DNA of 64,000 nucleotides from Haliotis rubra. Lineage: Eukaryota. Each line of letters starts with the position of its first letter. Within the stretch, counting starts at the first letter, position 1. Of this stretch, positions 27,330-40,274 are shown in pieces. Made by a program: the position numbers and the translations under genes. The DNA lies in contig NW_025766669.1 in NCBI RefSeq assembly GCF_003918875.1, positions 558,001 to 622,000 on the forward strand, in the 5' to 3' direction. Below the pieces are notes generated by a model. It was not told the DNA's origin, searched no databases, and saw only the letters and a list, made by a program, of their open reading frames with translations.

Positions 27330-29129
27330 TGTTATGTATTTGTTGTAGAACTGGTTAACAATGGAAACAGATCATTACCATTCCTTTACCCCTACACTCT
27401 CTACAATATCTAACTGTAACCCCCTGACTTCTCTAAGCTCTTGTGTTTTATTGATTATATATCCGAAAAGAGTAAAAATAACTGGATGAAGTGATTGATT
27501 GGGTGAATGTGTAAATGTTCACAATGTCACAACAAGCACATTGTTTACACTTTCAGTTGGTATGAACATGTTGTGTTTGTACACACTAAGAAGAGTTTGT
27601 ATACTTAATATATTTGATAAAAAAATAAAATAAAAAAACATGAAAAAATCCTGCCATATTTTGACTCATTAAACATCATTTTTCATGCAGTTAAAGACTG
27701 ACTGTGTAAGTATGTTAGTTCATTGCCATATAAAAAGAAAAAACGATTTGTAAACTGTTTGAATCTTCAATCTGGACTGTGAGTTGTCAAATAATTCCAT
27801 GTGTAAATATATCAAACCACAGCCATCAGCTGTACCAAAGTGCTACGCGATATAATGAATTTGGTATCTTTATTGAAATTTGCAATTAAAATAACACAAT
27901 ATTCAAATATATTATTCATGAAAAAACCCCAATAATTTTCCAGATGATTGCATCAAATTTGTTTGAAGATATTTTATTGGTTTGTTATAACTGAATCACT
28001 GGTAGAATGGGAGGAAATGTCTGCACAACCCCTTGCTATTTCCGGCTTAGTTTCATGATGATACACATGGTAATTGTAATCTCGGCATATAAAACAATAC
28101 CTAGCAAAACAGGAGATAGAATTTAAATGTTAAAAACTTTGTGTCTGGTGATGTATCTCAAATTTTTAATCTCTATTGACCAAATTTGTTAATACATCTT
28201 TGTTGATACCTGAATTCACTGAAAGGATAAGATGAAGTTTCTCATCTGCGTATTAAACTCGAAATATTTGTTTTCCAAAATACTGATTCTCCTTGAGAGG
28301 TGTATACATTACACTTATGTACGCACTTTAGTAAAAAAAATATGATAATGTCTTGCATCATAGCTTTTACTGAAAATAAAACTGAGGTACTTCATTGAAA
28401 TCAGAGACCCTATAGCGATGTATAGAAAGGTGGGGCCCTATGGGAGGTATATTGTACACGGTGAAACCTGATCGCCTTGTGAACAGGATATTGAGATCCT
28501 AGATACCTACCTGTGACATGTAATATAAAGTGTACTATGAGACACCATCATAGACGCAGTAAGGAGGACTAACAGACAACGACAAAGGCATTTCCCCCTC
28601 AATTTAACATGTCATGAGTTGGCATGGAAGAATAATGCTTTGACTGAACTTGTTTATGCTGTTTTTCTGGCTTGTGTTACTGTGTCCTGTTCTGTAAGGA
28701 AGTGCGGTCCTCCAGGTGTCTAATCGAAACCAGGATTACCGGTACATCAAGGACCAGTAGCACTGCTTGAGGCCAGTTCCGTGTTTTTTAAGAATTACCT
28801 TTCGGTACTTGCGAAAATTAAATTAACTAAATTGTGTGTGAAGGAAAGAGATTTCTTTAGATAGTATCAGAGTCTGCCTCAAGTCTGCGACAAGATTAAG
28901 TTAAATTTGTCAAACTGGAATTATGGATATCCCAATTCAGGTCATCATTTTCAACAAATTCATTCTTTTCTCAAATATTGTTACCATGGGGACATAGTTG
29001 AAAATACTGGGTATGGTTTTGTTAAAAACATGTTTGAGTTTCAAATATGTATTTCAATTATATTTTTTATTTTGTGTCAATTCTGTGAGTCAAGCAATAA
29101 AACCCAGAAATCTGTATATCAAGAAAATT

Positions 29130-29520
29130 CAGTGTGAAACCAACAAACCTGGTCTTACCTAACTGCTTGTTTCTTCACTTGTTTACTTTGCCAGTCTGGC
29201 ATTTACGATAGACACCCCACTCTGACAAGGTATACTGCCACAAATACCATGTATAAATGTTAGGATAAGCCTGGGGATCGAACCCAGACTCTCCTCTCAC
29301 TAGGCAGGTGCTCTATCCACTGGACCATGGGGGAGTTGATCCATAAAGAGTTAGATGCAATATGTGCTGTTCACATACCTCCCACTGCCACAGTGGTATT
29401 GCTTAATCGCAGGTCTAGTTTCATGTCAGCAGTTATTGCTATTTAAATGTTATGACATGCCTGGGGATCAAGCCCACACCTTCCTCTCTCAAGGCAGGTG
29501 CTCTATCCACTGGACCATGG
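29130..29520 (-). mobile_element. tRNA-headed SINE remnant with a locally duplicated head
   Basis: cctggggatc(g)aaccca...ggcaggtgctctatccactggaccatgg occurs twice (about 29270-29330 and 29460-29520). Confidence 0.6.
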
Positions 29521-29528
29521 AGCCTATA

Positions 29529-29692
29529 GAGTGAGGAGTGGGTATGGTTTTATGGCGCTTTTAGCTATATCCCAGCAATATCACGGTGAGGGACACCAGA
29601 AATGGGCTTCATACATTGTACCCATTTTGTGAATCAAACTCGTGTCTTTGGCATGATGAGCAAATGCTTAAACCACTAAGTACCCCACTGCC
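29529..29692 (-). mobile_element. SINE family A, diverged (a further 3' fragment lies at 30121-30196)
   Basis: gggacaccagaaatgggcttca body. Confidence 0.8.
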
Positions 29693-31989
29693 TTGGAGTT
29701 TAAGGCAGCGTGTGGAGATCATATACCTCTTACTGCTGCAGTGGTATTGCTTGACTGCAGGTCTAGTTGTATGTCAGCAGTTAGCACGGTGTTAATATCA
29801 CATTTAAGTACAGGCTACATTCTTAATTGTACTTCTGACGTATGATGTTGAGGTATCAGTGGATACCTGTTTTGACAATTGTCTGGAATTGTTTTGACAA
29901 GGATTTCGTAACAACCAGGTATGTTGTCTCTGAAGTTCTAATATATTGTGATAAAGAAACATATGGCACCCACACAGAATTGGCATCCCTCTGGGAGTAC
30001 TGTGGTTAAAGTCTCCTGCAAGCTGTGCTGATAGTAACAGGTAACCCTTAGACTGCTGAATGGATATGAAGAGTCATAAAGTGAACATTTAATTAAAGTA
30101 GAGTTCTCTCATCATTAGTTGACTGACTGACTGAGTTTGGTTTTACGCCGCTTTTAGCAATATTCCAGCAACATCACGGCAGGGGACACCAGAAATGATC
30201 ATTAGTTAAAGATTTCTGTAATATATTTTTCTAATTTCTCAGTAATGACATCTGTATTTTCCAGTATATTTGTATTTTTCTAAAAAAACAATCTGAATTT
30301 TACAAATTTGAATTGTATCAATAAAATGTACCTGTTTTATCAGTTTGCCCTGTTATGTTGCCATCATCCTTATACATCTTATATGCAAAAAAATGTCAGT
30401 CCTAAGTCTTAAAACCTTTTTGATCAGGTATAGAATAACCACATTAAAAAAATTATCATGATGTAATAAGCATTTATATATTCAAAATACAAAATACATA
30501 TTCAGGAGTAATTTTACATTCCAAAATGATAAAGTATTGGGTAAGTTTTGTCAATTGTGTGAAAAGTTGCATTGTTGTGGACCTATAAAAGTGACTGAAC
30601 TGACGGGGTAGTACATGTGTGTGATCACAGTCTGAGGGGGTGCGTCATTCACAACAATCAACTGCTGGTCTAGATTTGATCATTCATAAGCAGCTGTCAT
30701 TCAGCTGGAATAATGCTGAGTAGGGTGCAAACAACAAACACCAGGTCACAGACTGTACCAATGTGTGGAGTTCATCCTGGGCATCATCACTTGATAATGC
30801 TGGACATGAAAACAGTGTAAAAGTGTACTAACTCTAATTCTTTAATACCATTAATGGTACTTGCAGGGTATCTAGTTTTCAACATTTTCCCTCCAAGATA
30901 CTGAATGTAGATGTCTCTTATAAAGCACAAAATGTGTATGATAAAAACTGTAGGAAATACAAGGTCTAGTCAGTATATTCCTTCTTGGTCACGTGACTAA
31001 GAAAGCTGATGAAACTCTTGGTACCGATGCAGCATGATGATGCAATACAGACACTTCCAGCCTAAATGTCAACTCCTTCAAAATAGAATGAAATTCCACT
31101 CACACAATATACACACTTTGAAGCAGCCATTTTGGCAGGGATGATTCTGATGAAAGACCAGCCTGGTTTTGCTCAGTTAGCTCGTGTTATGGGTGAATGT
31201 TGTGTACGTCGGGAGGGGCGGGGGGATTGGATTCGGGGGTGATGGGGGACTATACGTGTAGGCTGCACGTAACAAACATGCACATACTTCAGCCACGCTT
31301 ATCAGGGCTGTGTCTCCTATATAAGATAGTGGACGCCTGAGATCCTTGTTGTTGTTGTATGGGTTGAGGGAATGTACTCTCTGTGCCAGCCTGCTCACCT
31401 GCTTCAGGTAACAATGTGCAGGTATATGTGGCTATACACATTCAGTGCAGCTGCCAATTTGCACAGGTAGGCACTGAAAGTATGCATTTGATTATCATGG
31501 AAAGTTATTAAATATTTAGAGACCGTATATCGGTATTTGGTCTCTGGTTACATTTACATTTAAAAGACAATTTAAAAGATTCTCAATTCAGATATTTTAT
31601 AAATTTTATTTTATATTGTTTACTTTAAAAAAATCGTTTTGAGAATAAATTTGTTTGAAAGGTCATGTTGACAATATTGTATATGTCTCCACCATACTTC
31701 ATTATATTTCTTACAGGGTTAAAAAGATAACTGTTATTTTTTTTCTGATGGTGTTTCATAAATATTCTGTTACCTAGCAACAATGGAAACCCGTATTAAA
31801 ACACTGGTCATTAGATCGGAGCTGTGTCTGTGACAGGTGTAGCCAATATACTTATAAAGACAAAGAAACATTAACAAGAGTGGGAGACCCATTCAGCAGT
31901 GAGACGGGACGAGATGATTGTGTTTACAGGTGAGCCGAGGGTTTATGTGACAGGTTCGTGTGTTCAAGTTGTACTGTTTCTTCTTTCAG

Positions 31990-32134
31990 TGATTGTTAAA
32001 GGAGCATCAGTGAGCAAGTACTATCGCTTCTTTGGGAAGACAGGGGACTGGGTTTGGCTTCAGACCCGGGCTACCATCATCTACAACACCTCTCAGAAAC
32101 CACAGTATATTGTCTGCATGAACCATGTCATCGG
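31990..32134 (+). CDS. bHLH-PAS gene, PAS-B/PAC exon
   Basis: ttctttcAG acceptor, phase 1. Encodes LIVKGASVSKYYRFFGKTGDWVWLQTRATIIYNTSQKPQYIVCMNHVI, comparable to HIF [34 protein letters not shown] donor. Confidence 0.95.
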
Positions 32135-32329
32135 GTGAGTACCGGAGCTGTTCTCGGTAATCGATTTGATCTTCGCCTGAATACCCTGAAGCTCTGTTAA
32201 ACAATTGCATTTTTGTTGGTTGACTTCTAAACTGTATGTTTTTTTTATCACTTGAACATGGGATTGTAAACTCTGGTAGACAATGTTATTGTTACTCTAA
32301 AGTGTAATTTGGTGATTTTTGGTAGATTC

Positions 32330-33045
32330 TAAACTCTGTTAATTAGTATGATCATTGTATGTAGACACTAAGCTCTATTAATCAGTTTGATCATTATAAG
32401 TAGTCACTAAGCTCTATTAATCACTTTGATCATTGTAAGCAGACATCAAGCTCTATTGATCAGTTTGATCATTGTAAGCAGACATCAAGCTCTATTAATC
32501 ATTTTGATAATTGTAAGTACACACTAAGCTCTATTAATCAATTTGATCATTGTAAGTAGACTTCAAGCTCTATTAATCAATTTGATCATTGTAAGTAGAC
32601 ACTAAGCAGACAGCTTTATTCATTAAATTGATCATTGAAAGTAGACTTCAAGCTTTATAACTAAATTTGATCATGATAAATGGATGCTAAGGTATAAATC
32701 AATTTGATCATTGTAAGCAGACATAAAGCTCTATTAATCAATTTGATCATTGTAAGTAGACTTCAAGCTCTATATATATCAGTTTGATCAATGTAAATAG
32801 ATGCTAAGTTCTATTTATCAATCTGATCATTGTAAGCAGACATAAAGCTCTATTAATCAATTTGATCATTGTAAGCAGACATAAAGCTCTATTAATCAAT
32901 TTGATCATTGTAAGTAGACTTCAAGCTCTATATATATCAGTTTGATCAATGTAAATAGATGCTAAGCTCTATTTATCAATCTGATCATTGTAAGCAGACA
33001 TAAAGCTCTATTAATCAATTTGATCATTGTAAGTAGACTTCTAAA
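32330..33045. repeat. ~39-bp minisatellite
   Basis: Unit gtaagcagacataaagctctattaatcaatttgatcatt. Confidence 0.92.
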
Positions 33046-33816
33046 CTCAAATGCTAGATTTCATGATTGTTGGTAGATCTCTAATTTATATTGACTGATA
33101 GGTAGACCAGTAAGCTCTATTAATGAATGTTGGCATTGTTGGTTGACCCCTAAGCTCTTCATCACTTGGTGTCCATAGATCTCCAAAAGAGCACCACTCA
33201 TATTGTGTATTGATCTGTAGATCTCCAAGAGAGATTAATTTTGTTACCCTGCAGGTGTGATTTGTGAATTAGATCAGGGCTATTCAACCTTAGTTTCGGC
33301 ATATTTTGTTGATGCTGTGGGTATATGAATTTTCATAAATTGTAAGAGGGCTAGAAACATTTGGTTCCCGGTTCCCAAGAAGGATATTGGTGTGATGGTA
33401 TAGTTGAATAAGGAAGGCGCGCTGACAGCAACTTGTAGTTTTGTCAAAATACACAAGATAAGTTGTATTATTGGATGAGTGTAAGTGTATCATTGGCTGG
33501 TCCATAGTGAATCCCCTGTAGTACACCTGAATCACCTGATCATCCGGATGAGACATGATCACCTAACTGAGTGATGTTGGAAGCTTCCACGACCTCCATC
33601 CCTGCTGCCAGCTTAATGTACGTGCTGCATCACTTCACTGATGTACATCTGTGATCCTCCATCGCCATGGAACTGCACGTACACACACACTTTTTGCAGG
33701 ATTTCTTTCCTCCATCCTGGAAACTACGTACTAACATGTGTAATTAGAACATGGAGAGTGTGCAGAAATCATTGTTTTCTGCTAATGATGGTTTGAAAAA
33801 GCTTATGGTAGTTTCT

Positions 33817-34050
33817 ACCCTTGGAGATTCTGGTTAGAATTGGTCGTCAGGAACCCATGTCTGTCAAAAGAGGAGATTTATGGGAACATGTCAGGCTCTC
33901 TGACTTGGTGATGCATGTCATCATATCACAATTGCATAGATTGATGCTCATGATGTTGATCACTGGATTGTCTGGTTCAGATATGCTTTTATACAGACTT
34001 GTCATATGGCAGGAATATTGCTGAGTGCAGGGTTAAATAAGAAACAAAAT
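33817..34050 (+). mobile_element. SINE family B, diverged copy
   Basis: ggttagaattggtcgtcagg...gatcactggattgtctgg...ggaatattgctgagtgc. Confidence 0.8.
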
Positions 34051-35069
34051 GAAGAAGTATCTAATGATGGCTTAATTACTTTTGACAGTTGATAGGCCTG
34101 TGTGGCATAACAAACTGATTGGCATCATGTACAGGACGACTTAACCTGTGAGTTACACTTGACGTATAGAATGTTTCACCATCACTCAGGTTTCTTTATA
34201 GGGACTGACGAAAGACATGAACATTTTCAAAATACCTTTATAGCTCTGTTTGGCAAAAGAGGAACATTTTTCATTTCACCTTACAACAGGCTTTCTATCT
34301 TTTTGTTGAAAATATAGAATCTCAAATGATTGAATGATCTAAACTGGTATGTTATATATTTGTGATTTTGTTGAGTGGAAGGATGGTGGTCTGTTCCCTG
34401 TCTACGTTGTTAAAAGATGGTAATTATTGTTACCCTGCCTGGTGTTGAGCATTTAGGGTTTAAACAAGGATAGCTCGGAGTCAGCACACTGGCTCTGAAT
34501 GATATAATCTTGTTAAACTGCAGCATGGTATGTCAGTGAGCTAGCACAAAACAACAACATTCTTCTGGCTAGTCGAAGCAGCCGCAGAAACACGTGTGAA
34601 TGTTTCTAAGTTAGTTCAATAATCTTCAACATGTTTCTTTCTCTTCCTCTTCTGACAACATTAAACATTCCACGAAGCCTGTGTGAGTATATGAAGAATA
34701 AGAGCACTGTTTCGCACTGTGTGAAGCAGTAGTAAAGGCTGAGGCAGCATTTGAAGGTCAGACATGGGTTCACATGTTATACCTGTGTTGGGATCACACC
34801 CTGGATTTCTGTGACGTCTCTGGGCAACAGTCACCACCCTATTCAGAGAAACTCCATTGATCACCGTGGTAGCATTTGTGCTGTTTCATAGGTTACCTGA
34901 CTGTCAAATCCTGGTACAATCAGTGATGTAATGTGTGTTTCTTTGTCTTGGTGGTATTTGCATAAATCCGCTCGACCTGAGCTTGATTTCAGTAGTGTAG
35001 GGTATGACACAAAGTCAACTAAGTCCCTAAATATTATCATGTGGTATGTTTTAGATGCCTATTACAACA

Positions 35070-35447
35070 CAATCTACCCACATTTTCACCAACAAATCCA
35101 ACAACCCTACCCCAAAACCTACCCACAACCTACCCACCGATCTACCTGCCAATCTACCCACCACCTACCCATCATCCTATCAACAAATCTACTCACAAAC
35201 CTACCAACCAACCTACCCATCAATCTACCCACCTGCTCAACAATCTACCCACCTGCTCAACAATCTACCCACCAATTTACACACCATTCTACCCACCTGC
35301 TCACCAATCTACCTACCTGCTCACCAACCTACCCACCAGTCTACCCACCTGCTCACCAGTCTACCCACCTGCTCGCCAGTCTACCCACCTGCTCGCCAGT
35401 CTACCCACCTACCCACCAACCTACCCACCTGCTCACCAACCTACACA
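35070..35447. repeat. C/A-rich 12/20-bp repeat (ctacccacctgctcaccaat)
   Basis: Direct inspection. Confidence 0.9.
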
Positions 35448-35880
35448 CACCAATATTACCCATCCTTTACCATCTCCTTCAAAACTTTTCCTGGTAATGT
35501 TTCACAATCCCTTGGAGTACATGTTTGTAATCCACACCATCAAAGACTCATGATTAAATTGAATCATAATAGAATATAACATGATCTTAATCAAAATAAT
35601 TGTCAGTTTACTGACATAAATACTTTTCTTCCAAGATAGACCACCTATATTTCATGGGAAAGGAAGATTCCATGTTTGGATTTGGTAAACATGTTATAAA
35701 TAAAAGTAAAATTCTAATCAATTTATGTTGCAATTGTGTGCGCAATAAAGTCTACTTTCATGTTGATTTCCTAACCACTCCATATCAGTATTGGGCAACC
35801 CTGACTAAACACTAGTGTTCATTACACAATAAAAATAAGCACATTTCCTAAGACACAGATATGCTTCCTCTTAGCTACCA

Positions 35881-36147
35881 GACCCGTGAAGATCCGGGGT
35901 AGAATAGGTCTTCAGCAACCCATGCTTGCCACAAAAGGTGACTATGCTTGTCGTAAGAGGCGACTAACGGGATCGGGTGGTCAGACTCGCTCACTTGGTT
36001 GACACATGTCATCGGTTCCCAATTGTGCAGATCGATGCTCATGCTGTTGATCACGGGATTGTCTGGTCCAGACTCGATTATTTACAGACTGCCGCCATAT
36101 AGCTGGAATATTGCTGAGTGAGGCGTAAACCTAAACTCACTCACTCA
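35881..36147 (+). mobile_element. SINE family B, full length with an internal 22-bp duplication
   Basis: TSD ctcttagc(t/a)acca at 35868-35880 and 36148-36160. Confidence 0.92.
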
Positions 36148-36300
36148 CTCTTAGCAACCAAAATGGTGCCACAAGGTTCCAAGGATTAACTCCACAGATG
36201 GTGATACTAACATGTTGTTCATATGGTAGGATTACCATTAATCTTAGCACTGCTGCTCGAGGATTGAGATCATGATGTACTTTACTGTCTCATTATATGA

Positions 36301-36466
36301 GGGTCGGTGGGGTAGTCTAGTGGTTAAAGCGTTGGCTCGTCACGCTGAAGACCCGGGTTCGAATCCCTACATGGGCACAATGAGTGAAGCCCATTTCTGG
36401 TGTCCCCCGCCATGATATTGCTGGAATATTGCTAAAAGCGGCATAAAACCAAACTCAGTCAGTCAG
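36301..36466 (+). mobile_element. SINE family A, full length
   Basis: TSD tcattatatga at 36290-36300 and 36467-36477. Confidence 0.92.
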
Positions 36467-37229
36467 TCATTATATGATTAACTTGGATTTGTGAAGTTAG
36501 TTACAAGGTGCTTCCCATTTCTTTATTTCACAATGCATCATTCTTTCTTTCTACAGTATTACAAATGTTGGAAGTAGGTTCAGCTTTATTGCAAGATGGG
36601 GAACATTACCCTGGGATACATTTTATACATTTACAAGGACACAACAAATTGATTGTTTTAATCCCTTGAAGTGACGTGTTTCTCCAAAATATTTCTGGAG
36701 TTAGAAAATGTATTTTCCTGCTCACTGTATTCAGATTGCCCAATATGGTTTATAAAAGTACTTTGAAGCCATCAAATTAGGAACTAAAGAATAAAAACTT
36801 AGAACAGGAACTAACACCTATAGCTGAAAATTCACTGTGTATTAAAACAACATCTATTAAGAAAATTATTGAAATTCTAATATTTTTTAATTAATTCATT
36901 CACTAATTATCTACATTAATTTCCTATTGTATTGTCATGTATAATCTGTCATGTCATGTGCTATAAATCCTGAATATATCAAAACTTCTTGGAACAAATA
37001 ATTAGTTTTTAGTAGACTTAATGGTATATTCGGTTGAAGAAATATTACCATACAGACCCTTACACAATAACATCAAAAACAGTCCCAAGCAAGGCAACAT
37101 TTCTTCAAAGTCTCTGGCCTTCTTTCTATTATATCAAAAGTCAATTTCACTCATTCTTCAAATATGTTCATCTCAGAGAAAAAATATAGTCTATGATATG
37201 ACAACTGATGTTAATTTTATGTTCGACAG

Positions 37230-38979
37230 GGATGAGGAGGGACAGAGGTACCTGACGATGGAGGAAGAACAGTTGGGGTTCCGAGACCCAAATGTCCGTG
37301 GCTGCATTGACCTTGCCAACACCAGCACAGAGTCTCCAGTGAGCATCTGCAGTAGCAGTGGTGATGAAGGCCATGATGACACCGGCTACAGCAGCGGTTA
37401 CAGCCACACCACTGACACCAGCAGCCCCCACACGTCAGGCTTTGTGAACCTGTCCTCTCCCGACACCCACACTCCACCAGAGTGTGGAGATGACAGAGAC
37501 TCGGTGCTAGACTACCCAATGACTGATGTCAGCCAGATCGAGAATCTTCAGAAGGAGACCTCTGATCCTGTGAGCCAAGCAGTGACAGCAATGTCAAATG
37601 CTCTTGATCCATTCTTGAGTTCGTTCCGAGAGGAGCTAGGACTAGAAGGTGCTCAAGCTGACGACGGAATGGATCTCTTGGATGACTTGCTAAAGAGCAT
37701 GGAGGAAGATGACCCAGTGTCTCCACAACCTCCTCCAGCTTTGCCTAGTGTCCTGAATAATCCTCCGGTGAATGTTCCTGAACCAGGACGACAGAAGTCT
37801 CTTTTGCGATCACTTCTGGACAGGGGTGATAAATCTCCAACTAAATCCACCATGGACTACTCTTTTTCCTCCTCAAGACCTGTTTTGAAAGATGCTGTGT
37901 TATTTCCAACATCAAGTTTGACAAGTGTTCAGTCAGATAAAACAATTAACACAATGTCGAGATCCACTATACCATTTACTTCCAGTAATTCCCAGACACA
38001 GACACCTATCCTTCAAATCTCTAATCCTAGTTCAGTAATGAGTGACCCACTTGCAGGATCAATAGATTCATCTAGTGTCAGTGTCCCACAACCAGATCCC
38101 TTCATCCCAGAAGACTTGCTGGACTTTGCCATGCAGTACTGTGACACTATACCTGATGAGCAATCCCAAGCCATCATCACCAGCTATGGTCAAGATCTGT
38201 GGTGCAGTGGAGTGGATGACCTCATCACAACCTTTGCTGATGTTCAGCAATCCACCACGGAGCCAGTTATGTCCTCTGTAGTCAACACAAGTCCAGCTAA
38301 AGGTCTTTCTACAGAAGGTCCTCAAGCCTGTCCAGAAGTGAGTTTCATAGATCTGGATAACTGCTGCAGGAGAGAGCAGTATGCTCCTGCTTGTAAGCAG
38401 AATCAGTGTGAGAATAAACAGTCTTCTACAGATGTTTCAAAGGATTTATCAACTCAGATATTATTCAATGTTCTTAGCAACAGAAATACCTCTCAGATAA
38501 AAGATTCCAGGAGCAACAAGAGTGTATTCGTTCAACCACTGAAGGCCACACCTCGGCCTGTTGTTAGTCACACTGTTTCTAGTTCACATGTGAATGGTCC
38601 ATTTACCAGTAGATGTGCTGTCAGTTCAGAGTCAGAGAGATGTCAGAAGAAGCTGACATTTAGGACTGTTCCAACTCAACCACCAAGGTCACCCTGCAGG
38701 ACTTTTGCAAGCCCTGTAGGACGAGGGCAGACGGCCACAGTATCTGCTGCCTGTGTTAGTTCCAGGTGTGGCAAATCATTAGTGTCAGCTCTGTGTGACA
38801 GAGGAGCTGCTTCACCAAGTTCATGTTCATCAAAATCCTCAACCCTTGTTGTTCCAAGTCAGCAACCAACACAGCCTCCTTCAAGTAGACATAGTGAGCA
38901 GGTCACTGCTAAGCCATCTGAGGGTATGTCTGAACTAGAGAAATACTTACGTGGGTACATCAAAAAGACCACATGCTGA
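37230..38979 (+). CDS. bHLH-PAS gene, large terminal exon (Ser/Pro/acidic putative transactivation region); may really extend to 39160
   Basis: cgacAG|G acceptor, phase 2, matching the previous exon. About 583 open codons inside ORF 37021..38979, GC-richer than the flanks. The stop at 38977-38979 follows an A5 run (see findings). Confidence 0.85.
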
Positions 38980-39764
38980 CAAAACAACAGAAAGTGTCTC
39001 CCCTCCCCAACACTCCACTTCCCCGCCAGCGCAGACACCCTTCCTTCAGAAGCTGCTGACAGGGGAACTCTCACGTGAACACTACAGAGAGATTGACTCA
39101 CAGTTGCTCAGGCAAGAGAAACAACGTCGATCGTCTACTCATTCATTGTCAGAGGGCTGAGAGCAGCCATGTTGTGTCTACGTGGTTCCCAGTTCATGGA
39201 ATAGTATAGAGTGTGTTAAAAGAGCTCCTTGTGTGATTCCAATCTGCCCAATTCCAGGAATAGAATGTGAGGACAACACTCTGTGTTAAGTGTCCATACC
39301 AATCACCTGATGTATGGAATACAAGATTGGTTGCAAAAGCAATGTGTGATATGAGGATAGATTCAATAGTTTGATCCCAGAGTGATGTGCAACCTATTAA
39401 TCCTTCATGTCCAGTTTCATGATGTTGTTGGCATTGTTCATCAGGTGATGAATGCTTGGAAGTTCCTATCACCAACCTACCAAAGGATACCTACACCATT
39501 TCATAGCTGCAGGATATATACGGTGACGTCTTGTTCATGCCGATGATACTGTCTCTGTAGAATTGCTGTGTGATACTTTTCTGGAATATTCATTCTGGGT
39601 TGTCATGGAGACTGAGCATTACCTGTACGGATTCATTTGGATGTTCCCATGAAGATTATCCAGAAGGTGCATTTGTTAGTGGTGGATTATTGGATTATGC
39701 TTATGTAGAATGCCTTAAGAAAGAATTGTGATGTCATTATTGACTGTTACATATATTGTTAAGA

Positions 39765-39936
39765 TGGTGGCGTAGCTTAACGGTTAAACCGTTTGCTCAT
39801 CAAGCTTAAGGTCTGGGTTTCATTCCAACACTGATACCATGTGTGAATCCCAATCTGGTGTTCCCTGCTGTGATATTGCTTTAATATTCCTAGAAGTGGC
39901 ATAAAACCATACTCACTCACTCACCCACTCACTCAC
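39765..39936 (+). mobile_element. SINE family A, diverged
   Basis: Degenerate A/B boxes and (ACTC)n tail. Confidence 0.75.
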
Positions 39937-40274
39937 AGCATTTATTCAAGAAACATTCTTTCTTGATGATCAATGTAATCCTATGCATTACATAACACCC
40001 TTCAACTGTGTATGAGACTTGCCATCAGACTCAGCACCAGAGATAACTAAATATGAATCCTTAATATCTTAAGCCTGCAAACTTAGGATATTTGAATCTA
40101 TTGTTTTCGATTGTTCTCACAGTATGAATGTAAAGACAATTTATTGACAGTAATTAACATAAGTCGTCATAGTGTTTCCTCAAAAGCTTACCCTACCTGT
40201 TGTCTAATATGCATATTTATACTTGGTCTTCAGTTATATAATAAAAGAAGTCAATATTGAAGGTGTTTATGGCA

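Noticed and set aside
34931-35579. Pro/Thr-rich extensin- or mucin-like ORFs
   Set aside because: A low-complexity C/A repeat open in three frames within an intron.
37021-37229. N-terminal 70 aa of the 652-aa ORF
   Set aside because: AT-rich intronic sequence upstream of the phase-matched acceptor at 37228-29.
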